Positions 49,875 through 62,194 of a DNA stretch of 64,000 nucleotides are shown here, in pieces; positions within the stretch are counted from its first letter, which is position 1; each line of letters opens with the position of its first letter. Source of the stretch: Cetorhinus maximus (taxonomy: Eukaryota). The notes under the pieces were generated by a model that was not told where the DNA came from, searched no databases, and saw only the letters and a list, made by a program, of their open reading frames with translations. The stretch covers positions 23,746,001 through 23,810,000 of the forward strand of contig NC_135906.1 in NCBI RefSeq assembly GCF_964194155.1, in the 5' to 3' direction. The position numbers and the translations under genes were made by a program.

Positions 49875-50100
49875 TTCCCCGATGTCCCAGTGGGTAAAGA
49901 GGCAGTGTGTGAACTCAGCTCAAATGGATCAAAGGCTTCCCGAGTTCTTCCCCACTGAATTGGCTGATCTGACAGCGATCGGGCGCTGAGGTTGATGGCA
50001 GTGTCCCTGGGGGGGCGGCAATCAACCAGGGGTTCAAGCTGCTGATCCCACTCCAGTGATCCCTGCTCACAAGTGGCAAGACCTCAGGTGTTATGTGCAT
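49875..50100 (+). mobile_element. LF-SINE-like element
   Basis: 'ctgaattggctgatct...aatcaaccaggggttc..gctgatcccactccagtgatccctgct'. Confidence 0.5.
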
Positions 50101-51007
50101 AACTACAACCAACCAAGAATGAGCAAGAGAAGGAAGGCAGATTTAAAAAAAAAACCCTACTTTTAAGGGGCAGTTCACTTTTCTATTATCGGCTGTCCAC
50201 ACAAAGCTGCACTTTCCAGTAAGAGTTCACCCAGGTGGGTATCATGAGAGCCACTTCTCGCTAAGGAGGATGTGGTTGAATGCAGATCATTAGATAACTC
50301 AGCACAGACTGGGAGACACACGGTAGCGCGCACTGTTGTATGCTAAATACTGTATCCTTTTTAAAAAAAAAACCCAGGGGCGTGCACAAAGAGTGTAGTC
50401 GAAAGCATGAATTTGTTGTGTTCCCTTCATTCTGGTCTCCTACCATTCACTACATTTCGCCTATTCTTTATTCCTTTAGTTTGCTCTCCAACCCGCTCAT
50501 TTGCACCTGTCGTCGTTACATTGTACTGTCCACAGTCACTACCTAAAGAACCGTGCTTCAGATGCTGAACAATCTTTTTTTTGGGCCATCCTTGATTCTG
50601 AATAAAAGCGTTGTAAACAGCTTTTGTGTTACTGAGCTCACAAGCCACCAAATCGGTATCTTGAGACCCTTAATATAACGGAAGAGCATATGAGGCCTTG
50701 ATGGAGCTAGGAGTGTGGGATATCAAAATCACAGTGGAATGATCTGCAGCTTGGTTGAGAGTAGTTGTAACGGTGTGTATGTTTTTTTTAAAAAAGAAGT
50801 CCTCATTACATTCCCGACCATTGTGTTCAGCAGTGGAGCTAAGAAACTTTACAGCACCATGTGTTATGGTCCCGAATGAGATCTGCCAAACACTTGTGTC
50901 CTTTTCTGTATAGGTGTTTCAGAAGTTGTGAACTTTTCGCCTCGTGATATGTTAACAATGAACCTCCCCCCCGCACTATCAGACCAGCAGCCCAGCTCCA
51001 ATATCAA

Positions 51008-51210
51008 GATAAAAGCAAAATGCTGGAAATCTGAAACAAAAAACAAAAATTGCTGGAAAAGGTCTGACAGCATCTGTGGAGAGAAAGACAGAGTTAACGT
51101 TTCGAGTCCGTATGACTTCTTCAGAGCTAAAGAGACATAAAAATGTGGTGAAATATAGTGTTTGGTTGTGGGGGGTGGGGGGGGAATGTGGAAGTTGGAT
51201 AGAAGGCAAG
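51008..51210 (-). mobile_element. PLE 3'-terminal fragment, with an inverted partner fragment at ~51423-51472
   Basis: Same terminal repeat followed by a G-rich segment resembling 56130-56210. Confidence 0.75.
51092..51128 (-). ncRNA. Degenerate hammerhead-like motif in a PLE-derived repeat
   Basis: Minus strand AGCT-CTGAAGA-AGTC-ATACG-GACTC-GAAACGT-T-AACT; a 2-nt loss removes the closing pair of helix II. Confidence 0.45.
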
Positions 51211-51714
51211 CCACACGAGGGCGCAGCTCCAGAATTAAAAATTGGAATGACTGAATCTTTTGGAATAACACGCACCACAGTCTCAAATGGAATATACATG
51301 GAAAAAAAATACTTAAGCAGCTCGCTTATAAAGACAAGGTGATTACAGGAGTGATGCTGAGTGGAGGAGAAACAGATTAGTTAAATGGAATTCTGCTGGC
51401 TTTGGTGTCAACTGGTTAAAACTCCACCGATGCTGCCAGACCTGCTGAGTTTTTCCAGGTAATTCTGTTTTTTGGTTAAAATGGATACTGGGACAGATTG
51501 TCGTGTGCTAAAGCGCCCGTTCTGAACCATTAAGAGCTGGTGCAAATCTCGCCAGAATTATGATTGCCAACTCAGTATAATTACAGATAGTTGCAGGTGC
51601 AAGAAGGCAGCTTAAAATGAAAGTGGAACATTATATACAAGGAAAATTTAAAGGGACCTTAAAGGGAAGTAGAAGAGGGACAAAGGTCTTGGTATGTTAT
51701 CGCAGTTGTTGTTC

Positions 51715-51902
51715 CTAGATTACTAATCCAGAGATCTGGACTAATGAACAGGAGACGTGTTCAAATCCCACCACAGCAACTGAGGAACTTAAATTCAATT
51801 AATTAAATCTGGAATTAAAAGTATCATAATTGTGACCATGCAATTACCAGGCTGTCATTAAAAACACATCTGGTTCACTAATGTCCTTTATGGAAGGAAA
51901 CT
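51715..51902 (+). mobile_element. Same SINE family, 5' part
   Basis: 'tactaatccagag..gttcaaatcccaccacagc..catctggttcactaatgtcc'. Confidence 0.7.
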
Positions 51903-52071
51903 TTATCTCCAGATCATTAATGCTGCACATTAATTACTGCTAGGCCAGTAACAACTACAATGTTGCCATACTGCCAACGTTAGCATTGGAGATTGGGAAA
52001 AGGAAATCTGGGGGCATTGGGTCCATCCTATCTGTGCCAATACTTTGTTTAGAGCTTTGTAAAACCACTTC

Positions 52072-52678
52072 TATATAAATACTGTGACTACAACAGATCA
52101 GAGACTAGGAATCCTGTGGTAACTCACCTCCTGACTCCCCAAAGCCATCTACAAAACACAAGTTAGGAGTGTGATGGAATACTCTCCACTTGCCTGGATT
52201 AGTGCAGCTCCCACAATACTCGGGAAGTTTGACACCATCCAGGTCAAAGCAGCCCCGCTTGATTGGCACCCCATCCACAAACATTCACTCCCTCCATCAC
52301 CGATGCACAGTGGCAGCAGTGTGTACCATCTACAAGATGCATTGCAGAAACTCACCAAGACTCCTTATCCAGCACCTTCCAAACCCACAACCACTACCAT
52401 CTAAAAGGAGAAGGGCAGCAGGCATATCGGAACACCGCCACCTGGAATTTCCTCTCCAAGCCACTCACCATCCTGACTTGGAAATATATCGCCATTCCTT
52501 CCCTGTTGCTGGGTAAAAATCCTGGAACTCCCTCCCTAACAGCACTGTGGGTGTACCTACACCACATGGACTGCAGCGGTTCAAAAGGCAGCTCACCACC
52601 ACCTTCTCAAGGGCAATTAGGGATGGGCAATAAATTCTGGCCTAGCCAGCGACACCCTCATCCTATGAATGAATAAAA
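52072..52678 (+). mobile_element. LINE 3' fragment, same family
   Basis: Matches 5052-5680. Confidence 0.85.
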
Positions 52679-54695
52679 AGTTCACATCCAACAGCCCCAG
52701 CACAATAATACCACAGGCTTCGTAGAAATCAATGTGCAGTTGATACTTTATTTTTTTTAAAAATATACATACTTTTACATGATTTATGTTACCAGCAGCT
52801 AGTATAAACTAACAAAGATATCATTTGTACTCAAAATAGAGTATCGGGCAGTTTTGGATTTCAACATCTTGACTAAAATGTGTTTAGGTTGATTTGGGTA
52901 ACAAAAATGAATTAATGGGAAAATAGGCTGTACAGGGCTGAGCTGAGGATCGTTTAAGGTGGCAGTCAGTGGGGGTTTTGATGCTTGTAGCTAGCAAGAG
53001 ACTGTGTGCAAGAGTTACCATATTGTCGTTCTCTGTTCATTGTCACAAAAAAACAAGGCTCCTCTACACTCAAATACAGAACCGATATCTCTGCCCCAAG
53101 TGATGCAGAGGATAGTCGTGCAAGGCTGAAGATAGGAAGAACTTGGAAATACGAGGCATCGTTAATGTAGAAAGTCTTATGTGCAAATTAAACAACCACC
53201 ATTGTAACATTGGGAATACACTGCAACTGCAACTGAAAGAATAAGCCCTTATAACAGAGAGATTCTGACAAAGTACCTCTGCCACAAATGGGGAGCTGTG
53301 TATATTGTCTCTTTCCTACTTTTACTTAAGCTTGCCATTTTACAGCTCCCCGCACCCCCTCCTACTTTAACCTCTGCGGCTGCAGTTACTCTTGAGAGCA
53401 TCGATTCTTGGGCTAACACTGAGATGTAGTCTCCAGCTTTGGACACTCAGGATTAATTCTCACCCATGCGAGCGCGTTGACAAAAAGTACTGACTGCAAC
53501 TCCAAAAAGTGCAGATGATATGTTTTATTTATATCCTTGAACTTTTTGTATTGCTCACGTATTTTCCTCTCTCTCTGAGGACAACAACCTCTGTTAATTG
53601 TGATGGCCTTCAAACTTAACAGATATGCAGAAACATCGGTAGAAACATGGGGTGACTGGCTGCTTCAATTCTAACCTGAGGGCACAGCCACCCACTCACA
53701 TTAAGGTCAGGCACCGACCCCATGGGTTTCTGAAACCTGTTATTTTCAGTGTGCACTATACACTATAAAATCACTTCTAAATGTTTGCAACCAATATTTT
53801 CCTCACCTGGGCTGTGTGATTTTATCACATATTAAATGTTCACTCACTGCTGCCAATTCCCAGGCAAAGGTGGAAACTGGCCTCAGACTGGGGCCCTTTG
53901 CTCATCATTCATATAACATGCTAGGTATACATGTACAAGTTAACTCCTATGACACTACAAACTCCCAAGTACTATCTTTAAGTAAAGGGAAGTTAGAGAG
54001 TGGGAATCATTAAACCACAGCACACAGCCACAATTCAGTCCCCATTTTAAAGTCATGCTGTGTGTCCTTATTTTTAGATTTCCATTATAAATTCCTATGC
54101 CCACATTTATAATGGAAACTGCCTGTGGGTGTGCAGCAAGCTTCCAGAGGCAGATATGATTTCTAACATAATAAACAAGCTGCTACAGTCCTTAAGTGTT
54201 GCACCTGATCCATGTGGACTTCAGTCACACAGTCTGAAAGGTTAAATACATGAAATTCTCTCTTTCAGCTCTCCTCTCTCCAGGTAACATCATTCTCCCT
54301 GTCCAATAGACGGGTCAACCCAGCATTGCTCCCTCCAAATTACCAGGGTAAAATTAGGTCGCTCTTAGTAAAACAGCGCAAGACTAACAATGATGCTTAA
54401 AAGCCAATCATCTGATTACACTCTAAATCAAACAGCCACAAACTTTAATCAGAGGTTATAGTGCAATCCTAGAGACATTTCAGTCTGCAACAAGATCTGC
54501 GGTAGTGCATGGGTTAAAAAGCACTTCTAAGGTTTACCCCACTGTTGGCCCATTAGGTAAAGGTATCACCTGGTGTAATATTTAGCCAGAGACCAGTAAG
54601 TCATAGGTCTCATTATCGGTTGGTAATGAATAAGCTGATCTCAGTTGAGCGATGTGTTGGAGTGCTGTAATTAACCAAGGGCTGACAGACATCTC

Positions 54696-54984
54696 AGGCT
54701 GAATTTTACTAGCCCCCAGGTGGGCTCAGATTGACCCCCCCCCCCCCCCTTCACTGATTTTTAAAAATTTCAATTTACTTACATGATGGTGCCCTGAGAT
54801 CTCAGGCATACCTCAGCAGCATGTACCTCTCTGGATGGCACTGCTGAGGATTCACAGCTACCTGCCCTCTGAGATATGGCAGACTCCAAAAGCAGACAAT
54901 TAGGAGCCTGTCCCACTGAGGGCTTGCAACCCTCATTTCACCCTCCAAGTTGGGGACCCAAAAACTGTGGTAAAAATTCAGCCC
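54696..54984. mobile_element. MITE with Harbinger-like TIRs
   Basis: ggctgaattttac ... gtaaaaattcagcc inverted termini, ~290 bp, no ORF. Confidence 0.6.
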
Positions 54985-55986
54985 CTCTCGTCAGTGTTCG
55001 AAGGAGGTCTTGTGATACAGTGGGTAAAGTGGGTACAGCGTCCCTGCCTCTGACCCAGAAGCTCTTGGTTTGAATCCCACTCCAGGACTTGACAGCCAAG
55101 GAAGGTACGTTCATAATGAGGCCAAACGGGTATCAACTTTTTTGTAAATCCTTCCAACAAACTTATGGCAGGCGGTAAGAGCGGGAGAGATTCCTGGTCA
55201 GCCATGCTTGATGCAAGCTATAGCCCCTGGTGTCAGGCTGATGACCTGTTCCAGGAACAAACTAGCCATAAAAACGGACATGAGCATGTGCTTTGTCTGC
55301 CTCATGAAAGGAGAGCTCCAAGTCTAAACCAGTGTGCACTGCTGGACTGTCTGCACATGGATATGTCTGTGATAATGATTCCATTCTGTGCTTAAATAAC
55401 ACACCAAAAGTGGCTATGTACCACTAAGGTGAGGTGGGAGTACAGTCATTCCTGGTGCAATCATACCCCTGTCTTGAGTCAGCTTCAAGAGATCCTTTTA
55501 TCCCTCTTCCAAACAGAAATCAAGTCCAACTAATGCTGAAGTGCGACTGTTCTGAGATTACCTGAAACCTAACCAGCAGCTCTGAGAAATCTTAACGCTC
55601 AACATTCGAGCCTTTTGAGTGCAAATGGTATCGCCTGATAATAATCCACAATTTAATATCTGGAATGGGCAGTTGTCTTATGAGGAAAGGCTGGGCAGGC
55701 TAGGTTTATATCCACTGGAGTTGGGAAGAGTAAGAGGTGACTTGAATGAAACATATAAGATCCTGAGGGGTCTTGACAGGGTGGATGTGGAGAGGATGTT
55801 TCCTCTTGTGGGAGAATCTAGAACTAGGGGGTCACTGCTTAAAAATAAGGGGTCGCTCATTTATGACAGAGATGAGGAAAGATTTTTTTCCTCTCGGAGG
55901 GTTGAGTGAGTTTGGAATTCTCTTCCTCAAAAGGTGGTTGAAGCAGAGACTTTGATTTTTGTTAAGGCAGGAGTAGATAGATTCTT

Positions 55987-57078
55987 ACAAAAAGCCAAAA
56001 GCTACTGCGGATGCTGGAAATCCAAAACAAAAACAGAATTACCTGGAAAAACTCAGCAGGTCTGGCAGCATCGGCGGAGAAGAAATCAATTAACGTTTCG
56101 AGCCTTCATGGCCCTTCGGCAGAACTGGAGCATAGTTACAAGAAGGGAGAAATATAAATTGGTTTAAGGTGGGTGGGCGGGGGGGTGGGGGGGGGGCGGA
56201 GAGACACATTGAGGGTGTGGTGATTGTGGAGATGAGCAGATAATCAAAAGATGTCACAGACAAAAGGGTCAAAGAGGTGTTGAAGGTGGTGGTATTTGTC
56301 TGAGAAAAGTGCTAATTAAGAATGGAAGACAGGATATTCAAAGTACAGCTCTAGTGGGGGTGGGGTGGAAAGACTAAAGGTTTTAGTTTTAGATTTAAAA
56401 ATAATGGAAATAGGTGGGGAAAGAAGAATCTATATAAATTATTGAAAAAAAAAAGCCGGGGGGGGGAAAGAAACGGGGTGGGGATGGGGGGAGGGGGAGT
56501 TTAAGATCTAAAGTTGTTGAATTCAATATTCAGCCCGGAGGGCTGTAAAGTGCCTAGTCGGAAGATGAGGTGCTGTTCCTCCAGTTTGCGTTGGGCTTCA
56601 CTGGAACAATGCAGCAAGCCAAGGACAGACATGTTGGCAAGAGAACAGGGTGGAGTGTTAAAATGGCAAGCGACAGGGAGGTTTGGGTCTTTCTTGCGGA
56701 CAGACTGCAGGTGTTCCGCAAAACGGTCGCCCAGTTTGCGTTTGGTCTCTCCAATGTAGAGGAGACCGCATTGGGAGCAACGAATACAGTAGACTAAGTT
56801 AGGGGAAATGCAAGTGAAATGCTGCTTCACTTGAAAGGAGTGTTTGGGCCCTTGGACGGTGAGGAGAGAGGAAGTGAAGGGGCAGGTGTTGCATCTTCTG
56901 CGTGGGCATGGGGAGGTGCCATAAGTGGGGGTTGAGGAGTAGGGGGTGATGGAGGAGTGGACCAGGGTGTCCCGGAGGGAACGATCCCTACGGAATGCCG
57001 TCAGGGGGGGTGAAGGGAAGATGTGTTTGGTGGTGGCATCATGCTGGAGTTGGCGGAAATGGCGGAGGATGATCCTTT
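55987..57078 (-). mobile_element. 5'-truncated Penelope-like retroelement with GIY-YIG endonuclease frame and 3' terminal repeat
   Basis: ORF 56501-57094 contains CxxxRCxTC, 'VYCIRCSQCGLLYIGET', 'RFAEH', 'HF' and 'GLN' typical of PLE endonucleases; flanked by the direct repeat GATAGATTCTT at 55976-55986 and 57079-57089. Confidence 0.92.
56088..56126 (-). ncRNA. Minimal type-I hammerhead-ribozyme-like motif in the PLE terminus (variant core)
   Basis: Minus strand reads AGTT-CTGCCGA-A-GGGCC-ATGAA-GGCTC-GAAACGT-T-AATT: helix I, CUGANGA-like box (A6->C), helix II, GAAA, palindromic ACGU in place of helix III. Confidence 0.5.
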
Positions 57079-59621
57079 GATAGATTCTTGACAAGCAAGG
57101 AGGTGAAAGGTTATCGGGGGTAGGCAGGGATGTGGAGCTGACGTTAAAATTAGATCAGCCACGATCTTTTTGAATGGTAGAGGAGGCTCGAAGGGCCGAA
57201 TGGCCTACTCCTGCTCCTATTTATTATGTTCCTTAAAACAGGAGGAGCTTAGATGAATGTATTTCGTACCGTACAATTTGAACCCAAAGAGGTTTCATTT
57301 GCTCACATTCCTGCCCAGGCTCCATAAGAACAGGAGGTCATTTAGCCCCTCAAGCCTGTTCTGCCATTCAACGAGATCGTGATCTGTGACTTAACTCCAT
57401 CTACCCACTCACCTTAGCCCCATATCCTTTAATACCTTTGGTAAACAAACATCCATCAATCTCAGTTTTAAAACTAACAGTTGATCTTGCGTCAATTGCT
57501 GTTTGCAGAAGACAGTTCCGAGTTTCTACCACTGTGCGTGTGTAGAAGTGTTCCCTAATTTCACTCCTGAAAAGTCTGGTTCCAATTTTTAGACAATGCT
57601 CTCTAGTCCTAGAAACCCCGGGCAAGTTGGAAACATAAGGCTGCCCTAGGATACGGAACCAGAGAGACCAGGAAGGTTCTGGCTTCAACCCCGGTCTGTA
57701 CAGGGTCGATGGATCTCAGTTGAGATTAACATCGTTGACCTTCCTGAATTCTGCTGGAGTCTCCAGGAATGAAGGGTTAGTCTCCTGAAAGCTGCTGCAG
57801 CCCAGGGAAGGGAAAAAAAAATCATGTGGACATTGAAGTGTTTTTCGTTTTCTATGAACTTTTTGTTATTAGTTGTAAAAATATTGGAATATGGAGGGAA
57901 GAAAGTGTTGGATGATTCTTGAGTGGCTGTTAAGGATTCTAGGAGGTCTTGCAGCATAGTGAGTAATGTCCCTGCCTCTGAGCCACGGGTCCAGGTTCAA
58001 GCCCCACCTCCAGGATTTGATGACCAAGGAAGGTGCATTCATAATGCGGCCAAACAGGTCGAGTATCAACCTGCAAATCCTTCCAACACACGCCAAAGGC
58101 AGGCGGTAAGAGCGGGAGAGACTCCTGGTCAGCCAGGATGGAACGTTGGAGCCTCTACCATCACTGTCCGCGGTTCCAGACTACAACATGCATGCAAAAG
58201 TGTACGTTACCACAGCAACTCCGGCTCCCTGGGTGAACTGTAACACACCCTCACCATCAAATACTCTATTTGCTTTCCACTTGGCATGGGAAGGCAGAGC
58301 CCTGTGAGGATGGACAGAGTGGCAAACAAAGGCAGGAGGCATGTGATGATACCTCCTGGCTTGGCAACCCTTGGTTGCATTAGGGGTTGGATCACAATCC
58401 AATGATCCTCTGCTTGACAGTGCACATCAGTAAAGGGTAGGATAGGTCCCAGCCCATTGTCAAATAACCTGCCTGCACTCACAGTCCAGCCTGGTGCCTG
58501 AAGGCAGATAACTTGAGTATGACAAGGGAGAGCAGCAATCACCCTCGGAGAGCCCAGCGGTGGGGAAGCAGACTCACAGATGGCACCAAGTTACAAAGGC
58601 ACTAGATTCAACAGGCCCGAGGAAGGTCTGCATTTCAACACTTCAAATGGTAAACAAAACAATCCTTCTATTACTTATAAATATTTAAAGGGAAAAAAAA
58701 ACTTCAGCGCTGTGGGGAAAATGAACTAAATGAGCAGGTCTACCAACAAGCCAGTACAGACATAAGGGGCCAAATGGCCTCCATTTGCACTGTAACATTT
58801 GATTATTCTAATTGGCTATTTTTCAGCGTTTTGGTTCATTAAATCGCACAAAATTTCAGAAAATCTGTTATTTGAGCACTTTGGTTACAAGCTTTCTGCG
58901 GTAAAGGATAAAGTGCTGTGAGACTGATTGAATCAAAGTCTTTCTGGCCAATCCCTCTCTAAGGCTGCGGGAACTCGTTCCCTTATTCCATACGTCATTG
59001 CTAGCTGACAGGGGGACTTCACCAGCTCTCTAGCGTTCCGGCAGTCCGCTGCATGGAAACCCCTCCCAGGGTAGCCTCTGAAATGTACCCGCCCTTCACC
59101 ACCCACCTCCCCTCCCCACAACAGCGCAGGGAAACGCACGAGCTCCACACTGCACTTCGCTTCCAGCTGGCCAGGATCAGCGTTCCAGTGGTGAAGCTGA
59201 TGGGTGCAAAATGTCGACACCTGACATCCACCACAGGACCCAGCAGGCTCTGCAAATCAGTGGTTAAAAAGTAAACACGAACCAAGGCCATCTTGCTTAT
59301 TCGAAGGCAATTAGAGGTGGGCAACTCCCACATCCCGTGAACGAATAAAATAGAAACCCATCAGTGGCGGACTCAGAATAGGTTGTGCTAGAAGTTCAGC
59401 TGCCCCTGGTGCAGCACCGAGCTGGCTGATCTCAGCAGGGGGCTAGGGTTGCAGCCAGCCGGTGCAATCCCCCTCAGCACCACGGGTCAGAGGAAGGATA
59501 GTCTGAATTCCTGCCAGTCCAGCGACAGCTGAACAAGTGATGCTCAGCCGCGGAACAGAGAGAGCACGTGCACAGGAACACTCACCAGCTCGAATCTCCT
59601 CCTCCAAGTCGCACAGCTTCC

Positions 59622-59846
59622 TGAATTGGAAATATACCGGCCGCTCCTTCGCTGTTGCTGGGTCAAAATCCTGGAACCGCACCTCACACCCACTGCCCCC
59701 CTCCCCTCCTCTAACAGCACTGTGGGTGTACCTACACCACATGGACTGCACTGGTTCAAGAAGGCAGCTCACCACCACCTTCTCCAGGGCAATGAGGGAT
59801 GGGCAACAAATGCAGACCTAGCCAGTGACGCCCACATCCCATGAAA
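59622..59846 (+). mobile_element. LINE 3' tail, same family
   Basis: 'gggtcaaaatcctggaac...ctaacagcactgtgggtgtacctacaccacatggactgca...cccacatcccatgaa'. Confidence 0.8.
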
Positions 59847-60679
59847 GAGATGCACCCTCTTCCGCCCCCCCCCCACCACCACCACCCCCCCACCACCACT
59901 TGGTTGAATAACTTTCCAACAATCTCTGTCTACTCTCGGGGCACCGCAAAGTTTCAGGAGGGAGAAGGGCCTGACCTTTGCATCCGTGGTACCCTTTGGT
60001 CTCCATGGCACCATCCCCTCTGTCCATTCAGAGGGCCCGTTCCTGGCACTGCTCTAACCCTGTCCGTTTCCAGTCCCCAGCCTGAGCCCCGTTACATCAG
60101 AAAAGGTAACGGGCAGGAAGCAAAGCCGCCTTGGCAGGAACACGAGGGAGCTGCCGTTACCTACTGAGTCCCAGGGTAGGGCAGCACTTGGACAGAACGT
60201 CGATGCAATAATCAACAAAAATCCAACTTTAAAGTCAAAAAACGTACAAAGCTTTTGCCCTGGTGTCCCAGTGAGCAACACAGTTGTGTGTGTGTGTGTG
60301 GCCGGGAGCGAGGCAGCTAATACTGCATGTGTAGAGAAAGCTAAATCCAAAACTCCTTTTGTGCTGTTAGAGTGGGGCTACTGCTCCCACTTTGGTTTTA
60401 ATCACATCCCTTTTAGCCAGTTAGTGTTAAGTAGAAGATTTGGCCAGTTGACTGTTTTCCCAGTTGGAAAAATGCACTGTCTGGTACACACCTAAAAGCT
60501 ATGGTTCATTTTGGTGAGATGACAGGATATTTCTTTGGTCTGAGTGAGTGCACGATTCTTTCCCCCACACACCCCCCCACCCCCCTCCCCCCCAACCCCG
60601 CCCCCCTTCCAACAATTTCTTTTCCCCTTTGGCAGCAAGACATTCAAAGTGCAGTGAGGCTTGGAGAGGCCGAGTTAAG

Positions 60680-60851
60680 TCAGTTGGTCTCGTAGGATGA
60701 GAGCAAAGCCGCGTCTACGGGTTCCATACATGAAGGGCACGTGAAGGATCTCATGAGCCACTCATCAATGCATTCCATGTGGTATATGTGCATACATGGC
60801 AGAAACCGGATAGGATCGCCATACACAAAGTCCATCATACAGATCACACAC
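60680..60851 (-). CDS. RNF11: RNF11-family E3 ligase, final coding exon with RING-H2 (ECVICMMDFVYGDPIRFLPCMHIYHMECIDEWLMRSFTCPSCMEPVDAALLSSYETN*)
   Basis: Acceptor CCTTCTAG|; C3H2C3 RING-H2 pattern and RNF11 C-terminus SSYETN; TGA at 60682-60680; phase matches exon 2. Confidence 0.95.
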
Positions 60852-60944
60852 CTAGAAGGGGAAACAAAGCATAGATTAAATGGTACAATTTTATAAAGGG
60901 TGGGGGGAGGGGGGAGGGAATGAAGGAGCAGGGAGATCTTGGGG

Positions 60945-61632
60945 ATATACCCACATACACAAATTTTTGAAGGTGGCAGAAATGGCAAGAAGGTTGGTTT
61001 AAAGTTAAAAGCACAGAGGATACAAATGCTGAACTTCATAATAAATACAGACACAGAGTAGAAAGTTATGGTGAACCTTTATAAATCTCTGGTTAGGCCC
61101 TCAGCTGGAGTAGTGTGTCCAATTCACGTTAGGAAGAAGTGTCAAGACCTTGGAGGGTGCAGAGGAGATTTACTAGAATTGTACCAGGGATGGGGGAACT
61201 TCAGTTATGTGGAGAAACTGGGACTGTTCTTCTCAGAGCAGAGAAGGTTAAGGGGAGATTTAACTCAAGGTGTTCATAATTCTCAGGGGTCTTGATAGTT
61301 TCCCCCGGTCTACTCTGTTTCCAGTTGCAGGAGGGTCAGTAACCAGAAGACATAGTTTCAAGATAATTGGGGGAAAAATATAGCAGGAGTGGGGGAGAAA
61401 TGAGAATTGTTTTAACCATTGTGTTGTCTTAATGTGGAAGGCGCTGCCTGAAAGAGCGGTGGAAACAGATTCAATAGTAACTTTCAAAAGGGAATTGGAT
61501 AAATACTTGAAGGGGAAAAATTTGCAGGGCCACAGGGAAAGAAATTGAGCGGGTATGACGAGTTATACAACTCTTTTAAAGAGCGGGCAAAGGAACGATG
61601 AGCCACACAGTCTCCTTCTGTATGATTCTATG
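60945..61632 (+). mobile_element. CR1-like LINE fragment (RNF11-like intron 2)
   Basis: 'NLYKSLVRP', 'SYVEKLGLFFSEQRRLRGDL'. Confidence 0.8.
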
Positions 61633-62194
61633 TTTAGAACTGATCCTGAAAGGAGTTTCTTGTAATGAGTGTAAGGGTGTTACGAGGTCGAATTTCTAGG
61701 CTATCACCTGTGCTCTCTCCATTGTTAGGTAAATGGGAACATGCGAATTAGAGCAGGAACGCAGCAATGCAGAGAGGAGGCCAGAAACAGCACCGCCACA
61801 CTCTAGCCAGCCGCCTGTTTCCTCTTCATCCAATACTAGTTACAGTATAGGACAGAAGTGTGGAAAACCTTCCTTAGTAATATAATCAGCCTGCTGACAC
61901 ACACATGAGTAATGGTCACTAGGACAAAGTACCATGGGGGAAAGATCCACCCGAGCGACAGTCAGCAGGAGGGGAGAACGCTAGCAACTAAAAAATCCTT
62001 GTTTAATTTATTAGGCAACTCGACAGTGTTTCGATTTGATCCATTTCTGCACACTTGAAGAAGTTATCGATACGATGCAAGTTTACACCTGTTGTAAACA
62101 GGATGCAAAGATCACGGACATATAAAATTTATTGCTTCTCCGTTCTTGACAATAAATTTGTGCTCTGCCACTCACGGCAGAGAACACTCTGGGA

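Larger units (their letters stand above)
55660..57232 (+). mobile_element. CR1-like LINE 3' end split by the Penelope insertion
   Basis: 'LSYEERLGRLGLYPLE..RGDLNETYKILRGLDRVD' at 55670-55986; resumes at 57079 and ends in 'aatggcctactcctgctcctattt'. Confidence 0.9.

Noticed and set aside
60852-61054. N-terminal part of the 124-aa ORF 60680-61054
   Set aside because: Intronic read-through upstream of the RNF11-like acceptor, partly antisense to a CR1 fragment.
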